DNA of 64,000 nt from assembly GCA_051294375.1 (NCBI GenBank), contig CM119268.1:18866615-18930614 (forward strand), given 5' to 3'. Source of the DNA: Paraspadella gotoi. Its lineage: Eukaryota > Animalia > Chaetognatha. This document shows positions 11,117-28,157 of the stretch, piece after piece. The first letter of the stretch is position 1; the number at the start of each line of letters is the position of its first letter. The notes below the pieces were generated by a model. It made no database searches. It was not told the origin of the DNA and worked only from the letters and a program-made list of their open reading frames with translations. The position numbers and the translations under genes are program-made.

Positions 11117-14100
11117 CCGACCCCGCCGCTCAACCCGAAAACAAAACTGGAAAAAAGAAGAAAAAGAAAAAGAAAAAAGTGGGAAGCCTCGATAACGTTT
11201 CTGAAATGAGTTCAGAAGTCGACGCTTATTCCGTAGAAGACGTCGTTGCCGACGTCGGGCTCGACGTCGACGGAACGCTCGACACCGACAAAGTTACCGA
11301 CGAGACGAAGCCGACGAAGAAGACGACGATAACGACGACGAAACCGATTTTGGTGGAAGGAATTTACCAGTGCGGGAAAGTCGGGGAAGAGAGAACGGAG
11401 GAAGAAAAAGGAGAAAGGAAGCTAAGAAAGGAGGCGGAGACTGAAGAGATATTAGCCGAAAAGGACACGGAGGAAAGCGGAAAGAGGAAAGAAGAAAAAG
11501 AGGAAAAAGAAGAGGAAAAATTGGAAAAGGAGGAAAAGGAAATAAACGAAGAAGGAAAAGGAGATTTAAAGGAACAAATGGAATCTGAAAAAACCGCGGT
11601 TCGTGAAGAATCACTTTACACTAAACCGTTCGTTGACGACATCGTGACCCAACAGCCTCAGCGACAAAGATCTTTGTCCAAAGAAAGAGTTTTGATCTCC
11701 GACAAGGACAGCGAAGAAGATAAAGACAAAGGGGAAGAAAGAGCCAAAGCCACGCCCACTCCGACGCCGACGGAGGTGACGCCAACGCCATCGCCGATGA
11801 CGACGCCGCCAAAAAGCGGAAAACCGACCAAAGGGAAGAGACGCATTAATCTAACGGCGATAAAGAACAACAAAGCCACCGCGGATTCGAAAGGGAAAAA
11901 GGCAGCGGAGAACCCAATAGCGGCGGAGAAAGTGGCAGCGGTGAAGAAGCGGCGGAGAAGAAAGCTGCGAGAAAGTGGGCTGGCAAGAGAAGCAGCGGCG
12001 GAAAAAGCGGGCAGCTGGTAAAGGAAATGCGGCAGAAAGGCTGCGGCGGAAAAAAAGCGGCAGCGGAGAAGGAAGCGGCAGAGAAGGAAGCGGCGGAGAG
12101 GCGATGGCGGAGAGAGGAAGGCGCGGATAAAGCCGGCGGCAGAGAAGGCTGCGGCAGAAAAAGCTGGCAGCGGAGAAGGAAGCAGCAGAGAGTGACGGCG
12201 GAGAAGGGGAAGCGGCGGAGAAAGCGGGGCAGAGAGGCGGCAGCAGAGAAAGTGGAAGCAGAGAAGAAAGCAGCGGAGAAGGCAGCGGGGAGAGAGGGCA
12301 GTTGAAAGCAGACACGGAGAGGCAGCGGCAAAGAAAGAGCACGATGAGAAAGCTGGTGCAGAGAAAAAGGGGTGGAAAAAGCAGCTGCAGAGAAACAGGT
12401 GGCAGATAAAGCAGCTGCAGAGAAGGCAGCGGCGGAGAAGGCGAAGTGGAGAAGGCAGTAGCAGAGAAGGCAGCGGCCAAGAAGGCGGTAGTGGAGCAGG
12501 CAGCCGGAGGAGAAGGGAGTGGAGGAGAAGGCAGCGGAAGAGGAAAGAGGCTGTGGAGAAAACAGCTGCAGAGAAGGAGGTGGCAGAGAAAGGAAAGCTG
12601 CAGAGAAGGCAGGGCAGAGAAGGTGAAAATGGAGAAGGTAGTGGCAGAGAGGCAGCAGTGGAAAAGGCAGGCAGCTGAGCAGGCAGAGGAGAAGGCAGTG
12701 GCAGAGAAAGACGCAGAGAAAGCAGCTGCAGAGAAAGAGGCGGCGGAGAAAACAGCTGCAGAAAATGCGGCGGCGGTGAAGGCCGAAGCGGAGAAGGCAG
12801 CGGCGGAGAAGGCAGTGTCAGATGAAGACAAAAAGGTGGCTGTAAATGACAGTGTTTTAGAAGTAGACACTGAAACTTCATTGGCTGTGAAAATGAATGT
12901 TGCATCTCCATCTGAAAAATTTTCTATAGAAGGGACAACCTCTCCTGAACCTATCAATTCATCTGAGACTAAATATGAATCCGCGATACCCGATCAAAAT
13001 GATGAATCGGTTTGTCCACACGCGCCAATCTCTAATTCGGTCGCACTTTCTTCAGTACACGATCCTCTCGATCTCGAGATCGAAACGAGTTCAGAGACGA
13101 CGACGATAACGACGACGATGACGACGATCGATGACGAGCTGCGATCAAAAAAAGAATCCGATTCTAAACTCGAGAGTCCCGATTACAAACAAGATTCCAT
13201 CGATCGATCGCCGATCAAAAAAGAAATCGATAATCCGAGTCTCGATTCCGAATCTCGATTCGAAACTCCGTTCGATTTTCCACTGACGAACGATGAGACG
13301 AATTCGGGGGAAATTAATGTCAAAGTCGACGCAAAACCGGATCCTCGTCTTGGAGACGACTCCGAACTCGAGAAACGGGTGGAGCCTCGTCTAGGAGTCG
13401 AAACCGAAACCGAGGAAAGCGGGAAACCTGGACGCGATTCGCCCGCTCGCGAACTCGAACCCGAAAAGCCCTCAAAATTCCGCGTCGTCCTCTTCGCTTC
13501 TGGGGAGAATCAAGCCAAACCAGTTTGTCCGGAATCGAGTGTGGACGACGACGGCGACGACGAAAACGTCGCTGAGAAAGACGAAGCTTTGTCTCCTCAT
13601 TTGACGAAAAACGAGGGGAACTTGGAAACTTTAATCGTCGAGGGAGATCGAGACGAAAAAAACGAACTCGACGAAAAAAGCGACGAAATCGAAGAAGAAA
13701 AAAATCGTAGCGATTCGAATCTTTGCTCGGAATCGTTCGACACGCCCACGAATCGCGAGACAGAGTCGATCGAGAGATCCGAGGAGAGCGAGACGTCGGT
13801 GGCGCCGGACAGAGAGATGGGTATTTGGACTTCGGCGCCGACGGACGGCGTCAAAGATGGCGCTGTCGACGAAGACGCGATAGACGCCGCCGACGTGGTC
13901 CTCGACATCGTCGACGGTTCCATCGACGATGAAGACGTTTATTCCAAAAAATCCACAACGAGCGACCTCAAGAATCAACCACCAACGCCACCGCCGTCGC
14001 CCTCCGATCCAATCGAAGTTCCATCGTCTTCCAAAGACGCGCCCGTCGACGCCGGGGACGCCGACGACTCCGCCTCCAGCTACTCCACCGCGATCGGCAC

Positions 14101-16565
14101 CCCCAACGACACCGTCGCCTTCGCGGACCGCCTCGCCGAAGAGATCATGGAGCAGTTGAGGGAAGAGATCAATGAACTCTTGACTTCGATCGTCGCTAAC
14201 GTCGTCGCGGTGGCGGAAGAGAGGGAGGAGGAGAGGGAGAGGAAGAGGGAGGAGGAGAGGGAGGAGGAGAGGGAGAGGAATAGGGAGGAGGAGAGGGAGG
14301 AGGTAGAGGAAGAACCTATGGTGCAGTTGTCAAGAGAGAAAGAGGAGGAAGGGAAAGAGGAAAGGAATGATGATGTTAAGGAAAAAGAGGTAGAAAACGA
14401 GGACAAAGTGGAATCATCAATGGAATTTCAAAATTCGAAATCTCTACCCGAAAATTCGCAAATTTTACCCCAAGATCATCATCATCAACAACGACAACCA
14501 CAGTTGACACTTTCCGTGGAAGAGTCTTTAGGCGCCGTTGGAGGTGTCGGCGCCACTGCGGTCGCTCCTGGCGCCGCTCCAGACGCTCGCGGGCCGGCGC
14601 CGCCTTCTCCCAGCGCCCCTCGACCTAGAAATCGGATCAAGAGCGCGCGCGTTCTTCGTCGCGAACGCGGAAACGACGACATCGGTCACGTGACAGCACC
14701 TGAAATCGTCGGAAGCGTCGCGGCGCCGCGAATGACGATTCCGCGACCCGAAGCGGCGCGCGTTGAATTGGGAGCCACGCCGGTCGAAGTTGAAATTGCT
14801 CCGGCGAAAGACGCGAAAGACGCGAAAGACGCCAAGCCGCCGCCGATCCCACCCAAACCGGATTTTCTCAAAGAAATGACGCCGGAGGAATTAACGGTGA
14901 TCTCGCCGAAGGTGAGCGACAGCAGCGCTGAGAGCGGAGAGGACTTACCCAAAGCCCCTTACCGTCGCGGCGAAGCTTTGAGAAAATTCCGCTTGAGGTC
15001 GCAATCGTCGGAGGATGAGGAAAACAAGAGAACAGCGAAATCAGCGGCCGAAGCTCCGCCCGCAGTCGACGCTGCAGCAGCGGCGGCGGTGCCGGACGAA
15101 GAAAAACAAGAGGCTTCGGTGACGTCATCGCCGAGTGAATCCGAAGGATCGAAGGGAAGGGAAACGGGAAAAGAAGATTTGGGTCGGACCGACCCTGTAC
15201 TCGAAATTGGAGGAGGCAAAGAAGTGAATAATAACGTCGACGACGAAAAGGCGGAGGGAGGGAAGAAAGATGAGCAGAAGGAGGAGACGAAACATGAAAA
15301 ACAAACGGAACAAGAACAAACTGAGAAACGAACGGAAGAGGAACAAGAACAAACACTTAACCAAACGGAAAAAACGAACAAAACGCAAGCCCCTTCGCCG
15401 GCCAAACAACCCAACGGGCCGTTGCCCCGACTGGCACAGGATGTTCCCATTTCCGCCAAACCTCCGCCGCCGCCGTCGCCGGCCAAGAAGAACCTCGCCG
15501 CGAAAGTGGAGGATTTCCTCCAACGCGCCGCCAAGATGTCGTTAGGGGTGGTTGGTGTAGGGAGGGTGGAAGAGGGCGTCGGAGGTGGGCGAGCGGAAGA
15601 GGTGCAGAAACTAATGAAGGAATTAGTCATCGAGAAATCTCCCAACTCGGCGAGTCTTGCAGCTGAAGCAGCAGCCACTCCAGCAGTCGCTACAGCGGCC
15701 GCTACAGCAGCAGCCCCAGTCGCAGCTCCTTCGGCGAAGGATCTCGATTCAGAGTCGGAGTCGGAAGATTCGCGATATCACTCTGCTGGTGAAGAGGACG
15801 AGAGAACGACGACGACGACGACGAAGACGACGACGATCGCCGACGTCGAAGATTCGTCACGCGATTTCGTCGACGCAAAAAACATTTTGATTCCTGACGA
15901 AGAAAAAAACGGAAAAACCGAGAGAATTTTAACCGACAAAACCGACAAAGCATTCTTCTCCAAACCTCCTGTCAACGGCATCGAGCCGACAAACGAACTC
16001 TTTCGTCCTTCGACCGACAAACCGCTCATGTCGGTCAACGGTCCTGCCAAAAGGCTTTCGCCCGGGCCGCTTCTGGCCGACGCGCCAAAGACCGATCATT
16101 CCGAGAGACTGCAGAAGATCGAGGCGAAGAAGGAGAAGAACATGGAGCAGTTGAAAAAGGATCAGGAGGCGTTCGACTCCCTAATGCGGGAACTGACACG
16201 CCCACCGTCACCGACGCCTTCGCCGCTTCAGTCGCCGCCCACGTCGCCGAGTTTCGCCACGGCGGGGCGATCCTGGACACTACCGAGAAAATCCGCCACC
16301 GACGCCGCCAAGCCGCCGATGACGCCGTCGGCTTTGGCGGGTAAAGCCGCGACGCCGCCGCCACCTATCGGACGGACGCGGCCGGATTACGGTTCCTTGG
16401 GGCGAAAAATGTCGGCGCCGGATCGAGGGAGGAAGTCGTCGTCGCCGGAAGTTTTCCGGTCGGCACCCGACAGATTTAGAATCTCCAAGGAGGCGCCGAG
16501 TGGAATCGGTGCCGCCGGGAGACCTCCAGCTGCGCCGGCGGCGTTGACGCAGAGTTTGGACGGGG
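11117..16565 (+). CDS. Giant coding exon (5'-truncated at the fold-back) of an uncharacterised, largely disordered acidic/Ala-Glu-Lys/Pro-rich protein
   Basis: Clean 1376-aa ORF at 12446-16576, extended upstream by frameshifted pieces (ORF 11179-12021 and the AAEK region). GC-rich coding composition. It ends at GTGAGT (16566-16571) followed by (GA)n, which looks like a splice donor rather than the TGA used by the ORF track. Confidence 0.8.
11870..12815 (+). repeat. Coding 15-nt tandem repeat (consensus ~GCAGCGGCGGAGAAG) encoding AAEKA/AAEKE/VAEKA pentapeptides
   Basis: Visible periodic units, e.g. gcggagaaggaagcggcagagaaggaagcggcggagag. Mirror copies lie at ~9330-10245 and ~1-300 on the minus strand. 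Confidence 0.85.
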
Positions 16566-16571
16566 GTGAGT

Positions 16572-16612
<41 letters not shown>

Positions 16613-16620
16613 GAGGAGAG

Positions 16621-16652
<32 letters not shown>

Positions 16653-16765
16653 TTTTTTGCCTTCGGTGGATCACATTCTAGAATGAGCGCGAGAGCAAAA
16701 ATTAAAAACTGAGTTACCGCGTTAGAACAAGAGTGTTTTGATTTTACGGAGCGTTTTTGAGTTAA

Positions 16766-16803
<38 letters not shown>

Positions 16804-18948
16804 TTTGCCTTCGGTGGATCACAAAAAAAATATTTTTTTCAGTCAAAAAAATATGTATCTCTCATCATTTTCCATTCAGTTTCTTTTTTAGGAAAAAATG
16901 AAACTCTCTGCCTTAAGTCACGTCTGTTCTTTTGTTTTGGGTTTTTTCTCCTCTTTTTTTTAATTCATGATCTAATATTTCATCCGAAATTCTGATAAAA
17001 ATACAAAACTTAGTCACGCGAAAATAGATTCAGTCATTTAAATTTTTAGTTTTCTCAATTTATGTTGATAAAAAAGGGGAAATGTTTTAAAACTCGGCTG
17101 GAGGTACAGAGAATTTTTTTTATTTCACCCAAATTTTTAAAAAACATAATACTTTAAAATTTAAACCAAAGGTGATTGTAAACATAGCCAACTCCATTTA
17201 TTCATTAATACATTTTTCGAATTACATTTCATTTATTTTGTGATTTCACCGTAACACACTTAAAAAAAATCGCGTTTTCTCTTTAATCCAACTAAATTAC
17301 ATTTAATACATTTTGTAAAATTTAACTTTAAGCTTTAAATATCCTTTTTTTAATCCTAAACTTTATTGGTATAATCTTTTATCGAACTCTTTAAAAATTT
17401 ATAGCCGTGTCGTCACCAAAATTTTGCCAATTCTTGGCCAGTTCTTTGCCAATTTTTGGCCATTTCTTTGCCAATTTTTGGCCTAATCATTACTTTTATC
17501 TCTTTCTCTCAGTCTTTTTCAGTTCGCGAATCTGTTTCCTTTTTTTCTAAAGTCAAATTATGTGTAGAAGCGGTCGACAAAGACACCACAGACCGACCGA
17601 CCGACCAACTGACGGACAGACAGACGAAGCAACGGCCAAAACATGCAAAGTTTTCTATCGATGGTGCGATATTTTTAGTTCGTGGGATAATTCATAATTT
17701 TTCTTGCTAACTAGATAAAAAAACTAACAAAATTTATTTAAAAAAAAAAACTTCACGATTGGAAAATGTGGATGTAGTTTATATCTCTCAAAGAACAAAT
17801 TAAATCCTTTCGCGCCAAAATTAATTCCGTCTTTCGAATCGTAACCGTCGGGCATGAAAAAGTCAAACTTTCGTCTTGAATTTTAATAAGCGATTATAAT
17901 AATTCTATTATACGATATAAACGTCCCCCTGACGCTCACCTGTATCGGCGCTCTGACTACTGACGCATAGTCTCATTATAGATATTGGATTTTAAGAATC
18001 TTGTCAGGTGTAGGGACAACCGAAGTTTCCAGTTGTTGTTGCTTTCCGTTTGGAGGCGTTGGTCTTTTCTATCGCTTTTCTAAGGCTGGTTCAGCCTACT
18101 AAACATAATTATAATTAAATAAATATGATGCGATAATCCTTTCTTTTTCGTTGTTTATTGGTATTAGAGAAAGCAAAGAATTTTGAATAAATAAATGTAA
18201 TTACTTCGTCAATCGCTTGGTGTCGCTTTTGTTTGACTGAGATTTTTTCATTATATCCCGAACGGATTCGTCATTAAGGAAAACTGTTCAATAAAAATTG
18301 AAGAAAATCGATCAAAATGAAAGTAAATATATGCTTCGTTAATACCTGGTTGTGAGTTTATTTATAAACAATCCAACTGAAACAAACTACTCAGGAATGA
18401 AAAATCGCTGTTTCTGACATAATTATTGGAAAGTCGGTCTTGACGAACTTTTCTTTTTCAATTATCTTATTATCGCAAAAAATATCTTGAGTTTTCAGGG
18501 AAACATAAATCTGTCTCAAACCGGTTTTGTCACAATGAGAAAGAAAAACACAATTCCCTACTGGGATTAAAACCAGCAAACCTTTCTCTCGGATTTACAT
18601 AGATAAAAAGTTATTGTTCTCTTTTTATTGCTAAATTCACTAATTAAAAAACTAGTAACATTTTATAAAATATCTAATTGACTTTTTTGCGATATAACAC
18701 ACAAAAAAATCTTTTAGTCTGGGAAAACAATGTTTTTAAAAAAGGCACACATTTCCTTTCAACATAAAAAAAAAAAGAAATTTTACTTTCATTAGTTTTC
18801 TACTACACTAGCTATCCACGAATTTCTTCTTATATGTTCTTCAACTTTGATAACTCGATCTCAAGAAATTCAATTCTTCGTTCCATATTTTGTTCGTTGA
18901 TCACTCCCTCTCCACTTTTTTTTATTTCGCGAGTTCTCCCGCAATCGT

Positions 18949-23830
<4,882 letters not shown>

Positions 23831-23849
23831 TTAAAAAAAAGGAAAGAGG

Positions 23850-23936
23850 GAAGGGAGGAAGGGAGGAAGGGAGGAAGGAAGGAAGGAAGGAAGGAAGGAA
23901 GGAAGGAAGGAAGGAAGGAAATAAGGAAGGAAGGAA
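23850..23936. repeat. (GGAA)n microsatellite in cathepsin D intron 3 (longer copy at 39213-39316)
   Basis: Directly visible. Confidence 0.95.
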
Positions 23937-26900
23937 GTAAAGCAATTAGAAAGAAAGGGAAAGAAAATACGATCGAACGAAACGAACGAAACGAACAAAA
24001 ATTGAAGAATCGAACAAACGAACAAACGAGCAGACGATGCAAGGACTCATATAATACAGTCTGCTTTAGACAAACGGTTCACCTGCGATTACAGACGGGA
24101 TAAAAAAGCGATAAAACGGATAAAAATGGATCAAACGAGAGAGANNNNNNNNNNNNNNNNNNNNNNNNNAGGGCGCATCGCAGCGTCAGTATCGAGCGCC
24201 GGAGGGCGGACTAGCAAAACGCAAGTGGCCTTCAACGTCGTCAAGCCCGATCTGCGGCAGCGGGACTGCGTATGCGGGCTAGCGTTATATCGATCAAAAA
24301 ATAAAGATAAAATATCGAAAAATTAAGATGGAATTCATTAATAATCTAGTTAAAATCGTCATGAGAATTTAAGATCTAACGCCGAACTTTGAAGACGAGA
24401 GGAAGGAAAAAACTATCTTGATAACAGTGATTCGCCAAACTACTTTTCAACTGTGGAACAGCTGTCGGATGGGAGTCACAGAATTTATATGTAAATCGAT
24501 TTTTATTGATTTCATTACTGACTTCCTCCGTGTTTTCGGAAACATGATCGAAGGGGGGGGGGCGGAATTCTCCTGAAGCCATCAACAGGTTTGGGCTCAC
24601 ACATCTTACTTCTCACATGAAGATGATGGACGACACAGCATTTCACATCATAATAAAGATATCAGCCCAGCTTCGTCTTCGGATGGATATGTGGCTTCAC
24701 TTGGTCTTGAAATAGTAGCTTTTACATAATGTCACATAAACCCATTGCATTTGTACAGCTATCCTGACCACACCCCTCTCCCTACCCCTATCTCCACTCT
24801 CGTAGCAACTTGTCTACTTCTTCGTAACGAATCTCATTTGGGTAAACAGAAAAGAAACCATTTTTGTTTTTCGGTTCATCCCCGACCGTCGTACTTGTTT
24901 TTCTCTCGTCCAAATCAGAAAGAGATGAAAGAAAAAAAAACTTGTTTTGATGAATTAGGATAAAAAAAGAAAAGATAAAAAAACGACGACGACGAGCACA
25001 GACGACGACGACGAGACGACGACGACAGTGTTTGGGATTTGATGAATCTGCCACAATTTTGGGGGTAGAGATTTCGAGAGTGAGTTGACGATATTCAGGA
25101 GTCGCGGCAACTGGATTAGATTTGACAGAGACCAGTGATGGATCAAGAGAGCGATAAAGATGTTTGAAACCAATTTCTAAATTCTGGGTAATATCCTCTC
25201 TGACCCTCGACTCTGAGATCCGAGCTCTTATTAAAAAGGAAAGAATGTTTGCAAAAGAGCAAATTAGTTAAATGATAAATATGTAAAAACTTGGTTATTT
25301 AATTTTTCAAAACGCGTTTTAGAAATTAGTTCGTAGTTAAAATGGTTAAAAAAATTATTTTATAATAACAGAAGATGATATTTGAATATGAAAAAAAATT
25401 CAAAGAGATATAGAATATGAATTCTGAAAGAAAAAAAAAAAAAAAATGTTATGAAACCGTTAAAAGAAACGAGGTCGTGGGCGGTCAATAATTTTAAAGG
25501 TAGGGATAGATATGAAATTTATAGGTCAGAGAGTAGGGATGGATATTCAAAGCCCTGGCTCAAAGAATAAGGGATAGATTATTACAGTCCCGTCTCGGCT
25601 TGGGGTCTTGGATATATAACAACGTTAACACTTCTCTTTTCAATCATCGGTGATGTTAACCATGGACAAGAACAAGGACAAGGACAAGGACAGAACAAGA
25701 GCAAAAGACGAGTACTCCTATCGTAAGGAATCTTAGAAAACCTAACCCCCAAAAATATTGAATTTAATGAGGCATTTCTTCTCGATTTTAAACCCGCGGA
25801 GTGTCAGCACAAAAGAGGAAAAAAAAATTAAAAAAATCCTTCTTTCTCTTATATATTTTTTTTTTTTCGCGCGTGAGAATTCTCGTTTCCTCAGACAGAA
25901 AAGGGAATCCTAAATGAGATCTGCCTCCTTCGGCTTTTGTCGACCTACCACGTTTCCAGACCTTACCCTATGTTTTTCCTTTTCTTCCTCATTTCCCCTT
26001 ATTATCCATTACCCTTCTTCCTCATTTCCCCCTATTATCATGACCTTCTTTCTTATTTCCCACTTTTATCATTACCCCTCTTCCTATTTCTATCTACCCT
26101 CTTCTATTCCATTCATTAACCTCTTCCTCATTTTCCCTTTACATTACCCTCTTCCTTATTTCCCCCTTTATCATTACCCTTTCTTCCTCATTTCCTCCTT
26201 ATCATTACCCTTCTTCCTTATTTCCCCCTTTATCATTACCCTCTTCTTATTCTACCCTTTCCATTTTTCTCTGGACAAAAGATCTCGAAAATAAATTTTC
26301 GATTCCAAAGCCTCCCCGGCAGGAGTGTTTCGTCCCCCTTAGCCTAGGTAGCGTTCGCTCAGCGGCTGTGAATTTCGATCCCCATAGTCATAAGGAGGTC
26401 TGCTCGATACGAGCCTGTATTTCGCCCTAAGCTAAGTTGTCGTCGTGATCGATGTATTTTTCCGTCCCTGTCGGAGCGTTGGTGAGCACCGGATATTCGT
26501 CTCCCGCATAGGTAGCGCGTCTGCGCTGAATTTCGCATCACTATGCTAATGTGTACGTTCTGGCTCGATCGAGCTGAATTGCTCACTCTAAGTCAGTGTG
26601 CGTGGGTGGTGGCGGTGCGGTTGCCTTCGACGTCTATTTTATAGTTGCATGCGAGATGCACGCAGACTAGCACACGTAAATAATAGTCTCGCCTGCACGA
26701 GTTCTGCTTTATTTAAGACGACAGATTTGCGAGATAAAATCAACGTTGGAATTAATTTTTAAAATATTTTTAAATTTAAAAACCAAAGAAATAGATATGA
26801 ATAAACAATAATTAATGATCCAAAATAAACACCAACAAAAAACAAAAAGCCTAAGAAAATAAAATAAAGGCGCCTAGTCAGTGGCTCCACACATTCTCGC

Positions 26901-28062
26901 GTCTCCAGGATTCTTCGCGCCAGAGCGAAAGTCATGACGCTTCCCCCACTCGACAACGACGACGTCGACGAAAACGATGGCAACGACGATCTAGAACTTA
27001 ACTGCAACGACAACGACAACCAACAAACAAACGAGAAAACATCAATATCCAGTATTTAAAAAGAAAGTATTGCGACGTGCAGTTTACAAAAAACAAAATC
27101 GGATGAAAACCGACCAGAGATGGACTGAAGATTTTATAACCAATGACACTGTCGAGAGTTTGATAAAGTCATGGACGTGTCGTTGTAGGGCATGACAAGT
27201 CCAGCATGATGAACATGGCAACGCGATAGTGAAGTCCGTGGCAAGGTCGTTGAAATCGAGGCTAAAGAAAAATCGTTCCGCATCTAATCGAATTTTACCG
27301 GAAAATTCTAAGGTCAATAACAAAAACCCTTTTTTCCCTTTTTTTTCTCAAGTTTATTTTTTTTTTATTTTTTTTTTTTCGATTTGTCCAAAAATTGATT
27401 CGGGATCGAACGCACGAACAAGTCCAATCCACCTCCTATTTTTTTTTTTTTTTTTTCGACTTGACTTGAAACATTCCTTCTCTGACAACCTACCTTTCGA
27501 TTCCATCTCCTCCCTACCAATTCTATTATTCCTCGTTCTCTTCCTCCTCCAACCTCCTCCCTCCTCCTCCTTCTCTTCTCTTCATTTCGTGACACGATTC
27601 CGACACGAACACCAGGAGTCAAGAAAGGTCAGCGCCATCTTTGATTTCAAACTTTTTTTCCCTCTGGGAATCCGGATTCGAAAACAGAATAGCAAACGGA
27701 AACAGGAATCCCTATTTATCTAAGTTAAATTTACATTTTTTGAAAAGTTGGTTTATATTTCTCGAATAATAAATTAGACCAATTTATCCCTTGATTCCCC
27801 ATTTACATGAAAAGATGACGCTTCTTCAATTCCACAAAGTTAAAAAAATGATTAATTTAAAACTAAAGAAAAATGTTGAAAAAGAGTAATTTGATTGATG
27901 GCGCGAATCACGGATTACGTGATGCGTCACACCGCATCCCTTCCATTCCCCATTTGTTTCAAATCCCGTGAAAAATGAGGAGGCGTGAGTGAAGACGGGA
28001 GAGGAAGACTGGAAGAATGAAAGCGATGGAGATTCAGCCGACCATAACTGTGAAAGAAAATT

Positions 28063-28106
<44 letters not shown>

Positions 28107-28117
28107 ATGAGAGAGAG

Positions 28118-28157
<40 letters not shown>

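Noticed and set aside
11870-12815. Bacterial TolA or RNase E-like gene (contamination or horizontal transfer)
   Set aside because: The resemblance is only compositional. The segment lies within a splice-site-bounded exon in eukaryotic context, with no TolA membrane anchor or C-terminal domain.
9190-12957. Long hydrophobic FSAAA-rich ORFs (9190-10515 +, 9314-10291 +, 11658-12911 -, 11851-12957 -)
   Set aside because: They are antisense shadows of the AAEK repeat, which has few stop codons on the reverse strand.
24170-25800. A long degenerate ORF here or in its mirror (46800-48450), including the (GATGCC)n SASASA/RCRCRC frames
   Set aside because: No frame stays open in both copies and no recognisable motif emerged.
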